Numbered from the stretch's first letter, positions 40,987 to 50,384 are shown. The stretch is DNA of 56,096 bases from Roseburia faecis (GCA_963632045.1 CAVGTH010000001.1:1-56096); one strand, 5' to 3'. Notes: generated by a model from the sequence alone, not told the origin. A program made the numbers and translations.

Positions 40987-41729
40987 GTAATGCTTGGATG
41001 ATTCGTCGCGACGGCAAAGCGATTCCTGTAACGGTTCACTTTTACGGTGCCGTCGATGACGTTGAAGAAACACTTTATGCTGCTGAATGGCTTTACAATA
41101 ACACTCTCGAATCCGGTACGAAAAATCTGATTCGAAATCTGGTTGCGTCATATGCTCATGACCTTGACCCCGATGCACCGAGTAGTGATTTTGAAGCGAC
41201 CCTTCTGTATCAGATTAAGCATTTGCCTTACAAGACTATGACTCCTGAGTTCGTTAAGAGATTGAATCTCGGCAATATCCCTCCGAGCGATAATTTGCAG
41301 TCACTCAATCTGGCTGTCAACGACGCACTGAATCAGGAGTTTCTGCGTGCTCGTTATGGAGGGATGTACGATAGCGACAACCTCAACGGAGGCGAGATGT
41401 ATTTCAGAATCAGTTCGACTGGATACAACTGGTTCCCAATTATCTGGAATTTCGTTTACGAAAACAGAAACAGGATTTCGAACGTTACGGTTGTAAAAGA
41501 CCCTGAGTCAACCGGGATGAAGGGTATGTATCTGCAGCATAACGGTGAAAAAATCGATCATATGCCGATTGATGAATTTATCAATCTGTCCGGCAGACCG
41601 GTTATGGACTCTTACAAAAATGTGTTCAAACTGTTTCCCGAAATGAATATGACGAGACGCCATGAAAAAATCATGAGAGCGCACGCAAAAGATTCTGCCT
41701 TTGTTAAGGGGAAAGATTTCAACAGATGA
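40983..41729 (+). CDS. hypothetical protein
   Basis: MSNAWMIRRDG...; NQEFLRARYGG, YFRISS.GYNW. Confidence 0.65.
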   Translation: MSNAWMIRRDGKAIPVTVHFYGAVDDVEETLYAAEWLYNNTLESGTKNLIRNLVASYAHDLDPDAPSSDFEATLLYQIKHLPYKTMTPEFVKRLNLGNIPPSDNLQSLNLAVNDALNQEFLRARYGGMYDSDNLNGGEMYFRISSTGYNWFPIIWNFVYENRNRISNVTVVKDPESTGMKGMYLQHNGEKIDHMPIDEFINLSGRPVMDSYKNVFKLFPEMNMTRRHEKIMRAHAKDSAFVKGKDFNR

Positions 41730-41926
41730 ATTACACAAAGTGGAATGAGACTATTGCAAGTCCAACATGGGCACAGACTAAAATATTGAACGGCGAAAAC
41801 ACAGCTGCTTATCTCGCCGATTTGTTTTGGTATTACAGTGCGATTGAACACGATGAAGATGTCAATAATGCGTCTTACGGCGCATATTTTATAAAGGAGA
41901 TTGAATTATGCGACTGCAGAAAGTAA
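41726..41926 (+). CDS. hypothetical protein
   Basis: coupled ORF. Confidence 0.5.
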   Translation: MNYTKWNETIASPTWAQTKILNGENTAAYLADLFWYYSAIEHDEDVNNASYGAYFIKEIELCDCRK

Positions 41927-42153
41927 CCCCTGAAGTAAAGGAGCGGTTTTATCGACAGCTCCGATTCAATTCGGACGTGTACAAGAAGTTTCGCGAAATG
42001 ACGAAAGTCGGAAACCTGTACACGAAAACAGAAATCGATAAGTTTCTGTATCACCCGTTTGCATCGACAAAAGACAAGCAGGTTTGGAGTTATTATGATA
42101 TCATTATTACCTGTACGAAAACTCCGCCTTACATGACATTGGAGACGAAGTAA
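41908..42153 (+). CDS. hypothetical protein
   Basis: AAGGAG RBS. Confidence 0.55.
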   Translation: MRLQKVTPEVKERFYRQLRFNSDVYKKFREMTKVGNLYTKTEIDKFLYHPFASTKDKQVWSYYDIIITCTKTPPYMTLETK

Positions 42154-42157
42154 GTTT

Positions 42158-42188
42158 AAGGGCACTGAATAGGTGCCCTTTCATTTTA
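42158..42188 (+). terminator. rho-independent terminator
   Basis: AAGGGCAC...GTGCCCTT followed by T-rich tail. Confidence 0.7.
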
Positions 42189-42222
42189 TCGGCTCAGGAT
42201 TTAAGTCCATATGCGGTATAAT
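42189..42222 (+). promoter_or_regulatory. early-type promoter TCGGCT-N22-TATAAT
   Basis: motif copy. Confidence 0.75.
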
Positions 42223-42239
42223 ATATATGTAAGAGAGGA

Positions 42240-42575
42240 GTGATAAAGATGATACAGTTCAAGCCGTATAAGATGATTTCAAATCTGCAATACGGTATGT
42301 ATTACGATGAAATTTGGTTGGACCGAAAATATACGATCCGAGAATTTGTTTCGGAAATTTTAGAACGATTTCGCGAAACAAAAGGCGAGTTTAATATTCG
42401 CTTTGTCAACGAAAAGAAACCGAAATATTATTACTACACTTACGGTGGCGGAATGCCATCAATTGTGTGGGATAAACTTCCGCTTGACGCGATTGTGTGC
42501 GGCGGATTCTGTACGACAGATGATGTGAATCATAAGAAAATATTTGATATATTGGTTGAGAGGGAAAACAAATGA
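42240..42575 (+). CDS. hypothetical protein
   Basis: ORF after promoter; start may be ATG 42249. Confidence 0.55.
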   Translation: MIKMIQFKPYKMISNLQYGMYYDEIWLDRKYTIREFVSEILERFRETKGEFNIRFVNEKKPKYYYYTYGGGMPSIVWDKLPLDAIVCGGFCTTDDVNHKKIFDILVERENK

Positions 42576-42796
42576 AAGTATATGTGTTTTGCATAACATT
42601 ATATCTTATTAGCTTGATGAGTGAATCTTCGACTCCGAATTGGCTGAAAGTTTTAACGAGCATTAGCCTTGCTATATTATGCGTAGAAACTATTATTGAG
42701 ATGTATCGCTCTGAAAAGCGCATGAAAGAACTGGAAAAGAAAATTGATAAATTACAGAAAGACAAAGATTGTCAAGGAGGTTCTGAACGTGACTGA
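42572..42796 (+). CDS. small membrane protein
   Basis: two hydrophobic segments then charged coiled coil. Confidence 0.55.
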   Translation: MKVYVFCITLYLISLMSESSTPNWLKVLTSISLAILCVETIIEMYRSEKRMKELEKKIDKLQKDKDCQGGSERD

Positions 42797-43103
42797 AGAA
42801 CAGTTGAAAGCGACGGGGATTGAAACGGGAAAGAACCCGTTTGATAAAGAAACGGGTGATTGCGCCGATTGGAAAGGCGATTATACCGGGACAAATCGTG
42901 CATGGCTGGAATCCTTATCAAATAGACAGCTCGCTGCCTTTTTGACACACGGACTTATTTTAAGATTAAAAGCAGAACCAGCGTTCGTTAATTGTTATTC
43001 GATAAAAGATGTGTTATGGCGAAATATAAAATCAAATGATGCCGTTATAGATTGGCTTAGCCAAAATCAAGAATATGAGGTGATAACAAATGAAAAAACT
43101 TAA
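42789..43103 (+). CDS. hypothetical protein
   Basis: GTG start after AAGGAGG; TNRAWLESLS..QLA.FL motif. Confidence 0.55.
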   Translation: MTEEQLKATGIETGKNPFDKETGDCADWKGDYTGTNRAWLESLSNRQLAAFLTHGLILRLKAEPAFVNCYSIKDVLWRNIKSNDAVIDWLSQNQEYEVITNEKT

Positions 43104-43212
43104 ATTTACTTTTACAGAAGATGAAAACAAAAACATTACGTTTGATTGCAGACCTGATTCGGAAGAACGCTTTTCCGACCTTGAGATTGTCGGACTTCTT
43201 TCGATTGCATAG
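43090..43212 (+). CDS. small hypothetical protein (40 aa)
   Basis: MKKLKFTF...; GAGGTG RBS; ends in TAG. Confidence 0.45.
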   Translation: MKKLKFTFTEDENKNITFDCRPDSEERFSDLEIVGLLSIA

Positions 43213-43240
43213 AATGAAATTATGGGGGCTATGAGGCAGC

Positions 43241-43612
43241 ATGGGCGTGAAGTATAATATTATCGTACGGGATGCAGGCGATATAAAAAAGAATGTAAAG
43301 AGTTTATCTGATGCTGAACTTAATGACCAGATGAAAACGTGCATGGCTATCTGTTCATGCGTGATGAATTCGGGCGAACCCGAGCCTATCAATAAAAATC
43401 TTGTTAGATACTGCTCGACACGTCTCGGTGACATGATTGATTATACTCTGGAATTGATGAGTGAATATCTTGAACGAGGTGGTACAACCGATATTGATAA
43501 ATCACAGACAAAACTTCAAAAGTTGCAAGGTCGAATCAATATGGCAAAATCGAAAATCGCCCCGTTTTTTAAAGGTGATTCAATCGATTGGAATTATATT
43601 TCAACATTATAA
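43241..43612 (+). CDS. hypothetical protein
   Basis: 123-aa ORF. Confidence 0.55.
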   Translation: MGVKYNIIVRDAGDIKKNVKSLSDAELNDQMKTCMAICSCVMNSGEPEPINKNLVRYCSTRLGDMIDYTLELMSEYLERGGTTDIDKSQTKLQKLQGRINMAKSKIAPFFKGDSIDWNYISTL

Positions 43613-43627
43613 AGGAGAATTATTATT

Positions 43628-44359
43628 ATGGAAACTCGGAAAGCACTTGTTGTTGCGTATAAGAAATGCCTTAATGCAACTTATACGCATTTGGAAAATG
43701 ATGCTGATTATGCAACAGAATTTGATGAAAAGACTGGTACATTATATCTTTTGTTCCAGTGGACTCATTCAACTCTTGATTGGTGGTCCAATTTGGATTT
43801 CTTCCCGCGTACTACAAAACCCTATAAGAACATGGATATAAAGTGGAAGTGTCATAGTGGTTTCCATCGAGTCTGGAAAACAATCGAACCGGAGATTGAA
43901 ACTCAGGTTGCCGATCCTAAGGTCAAGAGGATTGTTTCAATTGGTTACAGTCACGGTGCAGCAATTGCTGCATTTGCACATGAGTATTGCTGGTATCACA
44001 GACCTGATATTCGTGCTGCGATTATCGGATTCGGATTTGGCGCACCGAGAATCTTTTATGGTCATATGAATAAATCTTTGAAAGAACGGTGGATGAAGTT
44101 TTTCCCGATTCGCTCTAACAATGATATTGTTACACATATGCCGCCTTGGTTGTTCGGTTTTCGACATGTAAATAAGGTGACAACTTTTAAGAATGGCGGC
44201 GATTTGATTCGCGATGAGGGCGAAGAAAAATGGCCGAAATGTGTAGTAAGCCATACTTACAGAAATTATATTCAGAATATTACCAACGGCACCGTAACGG
44301 GACCGCTTGCGAATTTGGAGGTATATAAAGGTGAATGCGAAAAGTATGTTGGAAAATAA
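43628..44359 (+). CDS. class 3 lipase-like alpha/beta hydrolase
   Basis: DWWSNL, HSGF, GYSHGAAIA nucleophile elbow, FGAPR, DIVTHMPP, C-terminal His. Confidence 0.85.
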   Translation: METRKALVVAYKKCLNATYTHLENDADYATEFDEKTGTLYLLFQWTHSTLDWWSNLDFFPRTTKPYKNMDIKWKCHSGFHRVWKTIEPEIETQVADPKVKRIVSIGYSHGAAIAAFAHEYCWYHRPDIRAAIIGFGFGAPRIFYGHMNKSLKERWMKFFPIRSNNDIVTHMPPWLFGFRHVNKVTTFKNGGDLIRDEGEEKWPKCVVSHTYRNYIQNITNGTVTGPLANLEVYKGECEKYVGK

Positions 44360-44645
44360 ATGGTGCGATGATTGTACTGGTGATGTAAAAACATGTCAGG
44401 AAACCGGTATTTGTGAAGGGTCATGTGAAAATGTTTGTGACGGCTGTGAGTGTGAAAGAATGATTGATTATCTTTATCGACATCCCACGATTCTCGCAAA
44501 CATGATGATTTCTGCAAGCATGCGGCGTGATACGATCGTGCTAACGTCTCCTGCCGGTACATTTACCGATATTGATACTGCAGTCGAGAAAACGGCTTTG
44601 TGGCTGCAGCAACCTTTTGGAGGTGAAGAAAATGCGCGATACTGA
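44346..44645 (+). CDS. Cys-rich hypothetical protein
   Basis: MLENKWCDDC...; multiple CxxC. Confidence 0.5.
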   Translation: MLENKWCDDCTGDVKTCQETGICEGSCENVCDGCECERMIDYLYRHPTILANMMISASMRRDTIVLTSPAGTFTDIDTAVEKTALWLQQPFGGEENARY

Positions 44646-44913
44646 TAATGTGCCCGGCCTCATTGATTCTGTAGGAGTACAAGTTCGAAATAACGATATT
44701 ATCCGAATTAAGATGGTCGATTCGAATAAATTCAGATATGGCCGAATCGGTTTCGGCACGTATGAGGATGACAACACCGGAGAGACTCATATCGGGTTTT
44801 ACGTAAAGTCCGAAGGACAAACGGTAACAATCGGTCAACTCATAGGATATTCCGATCATTTCAAAGTTGTCGGAAACAGATTGAATTATCTTTATGCAAA
44901 GAGGAGAAAGTAA
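44632..44913 (+). CDS. YopX-like protein
   Basis: GLID..G..V...DII ... VVGN pattern. Confidence 0.55.
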   Translation: MRDTDNVPGLIDSVGVQVRNNDIIRIKMVDSNKFRYGRIGFGTYEDDNTGETHIGFYVKSEGQTVTIGQLIGYSDHFKVVGNRLNYLYAKRRK

Positions 44914-44914
44914 A

Positions 44915-45052
44915 ATGGAACTGATTACCGCCGAATGGATTCTTGACGCAATTAAAATCATTTCGTCAAGAAAGTTTGATAAGTTGGAAGGTTTCGGAGT
45001 AAAGGTATATCGCGCCGGAAATATCATCCATGTTGATGTCAAAGACTCATGA
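44915..45052 (+). CDS. small hypothetical protein (45 aa)
   Basis: MELITAEWIL...; GAGGAG RBS. Confidence 0.55.
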   Translation: MELITAEWILDAIKIISSRKFDKLEGFGVKVYRAGNIIHVDVKDS

Positions 45053-45303
45053 AAATCACAACCAGACCGTATGAAGAAACCGGAAATCCGGAAATCCTTT
45101 TCGATGAGCTTCCTGTAACTGTTAATCCGTGCCACCTTCCGCGAGGGGGCACGGCTCTTAACACGACAGATTTTCCGGAAGCGCTTGAATGCCTTGAAGC
45201 ATTAGAGCTCTGTGAGAATACCGGAAATGTCGTGAACTGCAACGCAGGAGTGTTTCCGGTCATCGAATTAAAAAATTTTCCCGAAGAAGGTGTAGAAATT
45301 TGA
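45049..45303 (+). CDS. hypothetical protein
   Basis: coupled ORF. Confidence 0.55.
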   Translation: MKITTRPYEETGNPEILFDELPVTVNPCHLPRGGTALNTTDFPEALECLEALELCENTGNVVNCNAGVFPVIELKNFPEEGVEI

Positions 45304-45308
45304 AAAAG

Positions 45309-45342
45309 TCGGCTTACAAACCGACTTTTTTTGTGATATAAT
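45309..45342 (+). promoter_or_regulatory. early-type promoter overlapping a terminator hairpin
   Basis: TCGGCT-N22-TATAAT; AAAAAGTCGG...CCGACTTTTT. Confidence 0.75.
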
Positions 45343-45378
45343 ATTATTAGAGTTACTTTAGGAGAGGCGGGCAAACAT

Positions 45379-45576
45379 ATGTATTGGTATCTTGTCGTTA
45401 AGAACAAATCATCTCAATGGTGCCAACTGCGTCATATTATACATTGCGAAGTCGGAACCGATTTACAAGAAGCCATTGATGATTACTACAGAGTGTTTTG
45501 GAAACTGGACGGCGACATGTTTTTCATGGCGAAATCTCATGAAGAGATGGAAACCATCGTGGCACGTGAGGAGTGA
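45379..45576 (+). CDS. hypothetical protein
   Basis: 65-aa ORF. Confidence 0.5.
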   Translation: MYWYLVVKNKSSQWCQLRHIIHCEVGTDLQEAIDDYYRVFWKLDGDMFFMAKSHEEMETIVAREE

Positions 45577-45579
45577 TCA

Positions 45580-47610
45580 ATGGCTGAGAAAATTAACTAT
45601 GAAGATTGGTCATCCGAAATCTCAGATGACGAATTAAACGAGGCCTTTGCTGCTCTTATTAAAAAGAGTAAAGAGGCTCAGACGCAGCCTGCTACGTCTC
45701 GCGTAGTAGACACAACCAAACCGAGAGTCCGAGCCAAGGGTGTCGTAACAAAGCCGGTTATCAGTGCACCTGTTAACAAGGTACCGTTTAAAGCAACGCC
45801 TTTGACGGTTGACGACCAGACTGCTTTTATCGATTCACAGGCAGCTATGAATCGTTCAATGACCGAATGGCAAAATCTGTTGGCTCCTGAATGCGGTGTG
45901 TACAATACAAAATACGGATTTCTCGTAAAAGAATACGACTCCGTTATTTATGAGTATATCGGACGAGACGATAAAGAGGCAGCTAACCGTGCAAAACATA
46001 ATCTTGTAGCGCTTTTACGTTATAAGTATTTCAAGAATCTGGATGATGCTGCGCAAGAACAGATTGATAAGATTGTTACTTGGTTTACCAAAAATATTTA
46101 TAACAACATTTGCTATATGACAATTGATGGGAAAGACACGGTTCGAAACAGTATGTCGCTTGAAACCTTGCCTCCGTATTGTGTTGCTTTTGCAAACGGA
46201 GTTTATGATTTCAAGAATAACAAGTTCCTGTTAAAATACGAGAGAATTCGGATTCCGGCTATCACTAATACAATGATTCTTTATCCGAAGTATTGTATTA
46301 TGTGGTGCTTCAATTATGATTTTGAACCACTTCCGATTGATATTAACACAGTACCGTTTACGTCATTTTGTGATGGATTAAGAGGATTGGTACCTGATAA
46401 ATCGAATCTGGCTTGGCAGCTGTTTTCGAATATGACACATGATGCGGCTCACGTATCAACAGAACGGCGCCGACTTCATCTGGCCGAAATTCTCGGATAT
46501 ATTACGATGACACCATTTGTGCAGAGTTTCGTCGTGTTAATCGGTTCCGGCCAAAACGGTAAAAACTCACTTCTTGATGGCGCTTGTACTCATTATCTGT
46601 TGCCAGCAGCAGGACAGGAATCGATTGATTCAATTGAAGAAGATAAATTTATTGGTGGCACATTGCGTGGGCTTAGCCACAATATTTGTCTTGAAACCGA
46701 GCCCGGAGTTAAGAAAACAAGTGACCAGCTGAAAAAATTAACCGGTTCTAACGAGTATGCAATTGAAGAAAAAGGTAAAACAAAGACCACAATTCCCATG
46801 AACTGCAAGTTTGTGTTTTCTGCAAACAACAGAGAAAATATCAAGTTCAGCGACCAGACACAAGGATTTCTTCGTCGATGCAACCTTTATGAGCTTTATT
46901 ACAAGTGGGACCATGATCATAACTTCATGAAATATAATCCTGATTACTATGCTTGTGACTTGATGCCTCAGGATTTGATGCAGAATAGCAATAACAATCG
47001 AATCTTCGTATATCTCGCAATGTATGGTATCAAGAGCGCAACAAAGAATTTTACTCAGGGATTCAACTTTACGTATAATGACTGGTCGTCGGCATATGTC
47101 GATTCGAATGACGAACTTGAAAGTTTCTTTGAAACGGAGTTTACACCAGAAACATTGTTCCGTTTTTGGGGCGATGCGTCTCTCCAAATTAGTAATAAAG
47201 CGCAGGACTTTGCGTTTTATATACAAGAAGCTACTGCTCTTAGCGGTTGGTCTAAACTTGTAAATTGTGATTTGGTGCGTCAAGCATATGGTAAATTAAC
47301 ATGGTCTGATTTGGCTCCGAAATTACGTCAATATGAAACAATAACAGATTACGACCAAGATGGCAATGAAATGCAGATTTGTGAAATGAACGGCGTTCAT
47401 CTGCTTGAACAAACTGATTTGTTTATTTCTCTTGAGTATTTGAGAGCTATCGTTAAATTGCTGAAACCTCAAATTTTACAAGAAGGCCGGATGTTTAGTG
47501 ATGATTTCCGTAAAACGATGAGAGTTGTGACACCCCGGATTGTTAGTAATAAGGCCTATGCTCGTGTTCGACTTATTAATGGGAAGGTGAGGTTTATCAA
47601 TGAGGCGTGA
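45580..47610 (+). CDS. D5/P4-family SF3 DNA helicase
   Basis: AFANGVYD, GSGQNGKNS, LKKLTG, FSAN, D.TQGFLRR. Confidence 0.85.
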   Translation: MAEKINYEDWSSEISDDELNEAFAALIKKSKEAQTQPATSRVVDTTKPRVRAKGVVTKPVISAPVNKVPFKATPLTVDDQTAFIDSQAAMNRSMTEWQNLLAPECGVYNTKYGFLVKEYDSVIYEYIGRDDKEAANRAKHNLVALLRYKYFKNLDDAAQEQIDKIVTWFTKNIYNNICYMTIDGKDTVRNSMSLETLPPYCVAFANGVYDFKNNKFLLKYERIRIPAITNTMILYPKYCIMWCFNYDFEPLPIDINTVPFTSFCDGLRGLVPDKSNLAWQLFSNMTHDAAHVSTERRRLHLAEILGYITMTPFVQSFVVLIGSGQNGKNSLLDGACTHYLLPAAGQESIDSIEEDKFIGGTLRGLSHNICLETEPGVKKTSDQLKKLTGSNEYAIEEKGKTKTTIPMNCKFVFSANNRENIKFSDQTQGFLRRCNLYELYYKWDHDHNFMKYNPDYYACDLMPQDLMQNSNNNRIFVYLAMYGIKSATKNFTQGFNFTYNDWSSAYVDSNDELESFFETEFTPETLFRFWGDASLQISNKAQDFAFYIQEATALSGWSKLVNCDLVRQAYGKLTWSDLAPKLRQYETITDYDQDGNEMQICEMNGVHLLEQTDLFISLEYLRAIVKLLKPQILQEGRMFSDDFRKTMRVVTPRIVSNKAYARVRLINGKVRFINEA

Positions 47611-47938
47611 TGAATTGATGAAGCCGTGTCCACTATGTTCACATAACGGTGAAATGAATCTCTTATGTCCGATTTGTAAGGGTATAGGAGAAATTCGCGA
47701 CATACCTCCGTCTGAACGAAAGAAACTGCGTAATAATGATAGCCGCTTGCGAGCCAGTCGAACTGGTAAATATTTGAGTAAGCATGATTGGGCCCTTATT
47801 GAAGATGCAACTCTCTCAACGGCAACGGTTGCAAGGCGATTAAATCGTTCGATTAAATCAATTGAAAGTGCAAGATATCGATTAAGAAAGGAGAAAGAAG
47901 GCTATGGCAAAAAAGCAGAAGAATCTGATGCCGATTGA
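47600..47938 (+). CDS. Zn-finger plus HTH protein
   Basis: CPLC...CPICKG.G; VARRLNRSIKSIESARYRL. Confidence 0.65.
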   Translation: MRRDELMKPCPLCSHNGEMNLLCPICKGIGEIRDIPPSERKKLRNNDSRLRASRTGKYLSKHDWALIEDATLSTATVARRLNRSIKSIESARYRLRKEKEGYGKKAEESDAD

Positions 47939-48611
47939 TATGGTACGGCAAGGCCAAGAGCAAATGCTTGTGGCCTTCGATAAAGACCCTAAATATTCAC
48001 TTGAAGTTGACCCGGGAAACACTCTCGGTCTCAGCCCAAATCAGAAAAAGTTTATCGAATGTTATATTGAGTTCCATTCTATCCCGTACGCCAGCCAATT
48101 GGCTGGAATTACCGAGGAAGAGGGGCGCGACATATATTTCGACCCGGTCTGTAAACAAGAGCGCCAAAGGATTAACCGTGCAATGAATTATCGACGCTTT
48201 TCGCGGCGTCTCTTAACGGTAGATGAGGTCGGCGGATATTTGACATCGATGCTGATGGATGAAGATTTCGGAGGCGGAGATTGCCTGACGTCAAAGGATA
48301 AACTTCAAGTAACGAAGCAGATTATTGACATTAACAAGTTAAAGGCAGAAGCCTATAACAATCCCCGTATTATTGAGGACGTTGAATTTACCGAATCGGA
48401 AATGCAAGACCTAAGCCCCGAAGATTTGAAGAGCATTATTGAACAGACAAAGAAAGGTAAGAACCACGATGCTGAAAAGAGTGATTTGATAAATCAACTC
48501 AACAAAGATTGCGAATTTGATGCTGTTGATTTGGAATACCTTTGGTCCTGTTCGGTAGATGAACTAAAACAATTGTTAAAAGAGAAAAAGGAGAGGGACG
48601 ATGCAAATTAA
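47904..48611 (+). CDS. putative terminase small subunit
   Basis: LSPNQKKFIECY....A...AGI N-terminal HTH pattern of TerS. Confidence 0.5.
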   Translation: MAKKQKNLMPIDMVRQGQEQMLVAFDKDPKYSLEVDPGNTLGLSPNQKKFIECYIEFHSIPYASQLAGITEEEGRDIYFDPVCKQERQRINRAMNYRRFSRRLLTVDEVGGYLTSMLMDEDFGGGDCLTSKDKLQVTKQIIDINKLKAEAYNNPRIIEDVEFTESEMQDLSPEDLKSIIEQTKKGKNHDAEKSDLINQLNKDCEFDAVDLEYLWSCSVDELKQLLKEKKERDDAN

Positions 48612-48801
48612 AATTTATCTTTATAACAAACACGGTAATGTACCGCTGCGTCCGAATTTCACATTAGATACTGTTCAGGAAAGAGCATGGCCGCTGTTTG
48701 ATCAACTTTATAAGGATATCAACATTGGCAACCAGAAATTTGTAAGGTGTGATGCCGTTATTTTTGAGCGGGAACGGTTTGCTTTTGCAACTTGCTGCTA
48801 A
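48601..48801 (+). CDS. hypothetical protein
   Basis: 66-aa ORF with RBS. Confidence 0.5.
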   Translation: MQIKIYLYNKHGNVPLRPNFTLDTVQERAWPLFDQLYKDINIGNQKFVRCDAVIFERERFAFATCC

Positions 48802-48805
48802 ATTA

Positions 48806-48932
48806 TCGGCTCAAGAAAACAGATAAAATATGGTATAATATAAATGTAAGAACGAATGCAAAACATTATGGATTATATCAGGAAAGTTTGTGTAGTTTGT
48901 CGGCTCACGAAAACTCCAAAATATGATATAAT
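48806..48932 (+). promoter_or_regulatory. two tandem early-type promoters ahead of RNA cluster (48806-48839, 48900-48932)
   Basis: TCGGCT-N22 and N21-TATAAT. Confidence 0.75.
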
Positions 48933-48994
48933 ATATATGTAAGCAAGAGTGCTTACCGAGCGGCATTCCACACAACCTATGTCGCTCGTTAAAC

Positions 48995-49066
48995 GGTGGA
49001 TGAGTGTTTTAGAAGCACATTACCAGTAAGGTAAAAGTATAGGTGTAAATCCTATATTCACCGCCA
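48995..49066 (+). tRNA. atypical tRNA-like element (GTA in a 5-nt anticodon loop)
   Basis: 7-bp acceptor GGTGGAT/ATTCACC + GCCA, D arm GTGT/GCAC, TTACC-AGTAA-GGTAA, T arm ATAGG-TGTAAAT-CCTAT. Confidence 0.6.
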
Positions 49067-49239
49067 GGTGCCATGTATGTTGTTGACATAGCACCTCCTT
49101 TCTGAGGCATGGCGGCTGCGGGTTTATAGTTATCCTGCCCTCCTCGCAAAAGCTGCACCGTGAAAATCGGCTTAAACAAAGCGGTTAGACGCTTGACGGC
49201 TCGGACAGACGAGCAAACTTTTAAGAGAGGCGATTGAAT

Positions 49240-49596
49240 ATGAAAATTCAAGATATGACGATGAGTCGCCGGCAAGCAATGAATCGTGCTATGGATTTGG
49301 CCCCGAGATTTGTTGAACATTTCAATAAAATATATAATAACAAATCATCAATAGACATAAATCATTGGGCTTCAGAAATGCAAGCATGGCTCAATCAGAT
49401 ACTTGGAATCAAGTTAAAAGAAACTAAAAAACAGTTGTCACTTCAAGAAAAGATGGATTGGTTTTTCACAAACGGCTCAGATTCACAAACCCTTTTCAAA
49501 GATCAAAGTGAAGCGATGATTTATGATGACTTTGTTGATCTTGTCGCTGTTAATAATGATGTAAAAAAGAGTTTGAATGAAATTGGATTGCTTTAA
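49240..49596 (+). CDS. hypothetical protein (DUF29-like helical)
   Basis: EHF.KI...NHW..EMQAWL; lone ORF inside RNA cluster. Confidence 0.6.
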   Translation: MKIQDMTMSRRQAMNRAMDLAPRFVEHFNKIYNNKSSIDINHWASEMQAWLNQILGIKLKETKKQLSLQEKMDWFFTNGSDSQTLFKDQSEAMIYDDFVDLVAVNNDVKKSLNEIGLL

Positions 49597-49633
49597 GTTA
49601 TCCTGACGGTCTGGAAAGACAGACAAACAATTT

Positions 49634-49709
49634 GCTTCGGTAGCTCCGTTGGTAGAGCAGAGGATTGAAAATTCTCGTGTCGGCGGTTCGAATCCGTCCT
49701 GAAGCACCA
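49634..49709 (+). tRNA. tRNA-Phe(GAA)
   Basis: cloverleaf; GAGGA-TTGAAAA-TTCTC; GGTTCGAATCC; ACCA end. Confidence 0.92.
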
Positions 49710-49918
49710 GCCGCCAATGATAGAGATGCGTATAACTCACACTATCCGGTTTAAGTTAAATGGGTGCGTTAATTCCGATATAATTTGTGCCTTGGATAAT
49801 TCTTTCAGTCGGTTCTTACATCAGATTATTTCGCCAAAGTAACTGACAGTCGTATCCCCTTCAGATGGCATGCAGTTCCGTTCGAGTCGGGCGAGGGGAA
49901 AAATCCAATTGGTCTGCT

Positions 49919-50384
49919 ATATTGGTCGTACAGTTGAAGTATGGCAGTAGCACCTGAACTGTAACAAAGCGCGTGGTCGTCAAGAGGCGTATAGACGGGT
50001 GATGGACTATTCCTGTCACAATAATTAGCCGGTGGTGCATCGCCGGCAAAGCCGATTCGGCCGTGGATTGTCGCGACCGACGGTATGGCATGACTTTGAC
50101 GGTTGAGTGCCAAATTAGACAGAGTAATCGTTAAAGTGAGCTTGTTAATCGTTAATGATTTTCAAGGTGGCTCATATAAAGCGGTGATGACCTATTCCGC
50201 TTAAACAGATCTCTTTTGAGCAAACGGTTAGGGGATGTTCCTTTAACAGAAACCGGCTTATACGCTTGAGTTTGACCCGGGGCTATACAGCGTATACTCG
50301 GAATAATGTTTAATTCATTGAGATTTGTTACAGCCGGTACTGCCACATGCAGTTAAACGAGCGAGTGATTCGTATGGCCGGTAT
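49919..50384 (+). ncRNA. large structured non-coding RNA, ROOL-like candidate (~466 nt)
   Basis: three nested long-range helices joining the 5' and 3' ends; no plus-strand ORF; between tRNAs. Confidence 0.7.

Noticed and set aside
43090..43257. Possible TAG-to-Gln recoding (LLSIA*NEIMG reads naturally through TAG; TAG stops are rare)
   Set aside because: All long genes are intact under the standard code and no CTA-anticodon tRNA was seen; a single nonsense change or true stop is simpler
49826..50346. Minus-strand ORFs over the large RNA
   Set aside because: Opposite to the flanking tRNAs and promoters, no RBS or recognisable motifs
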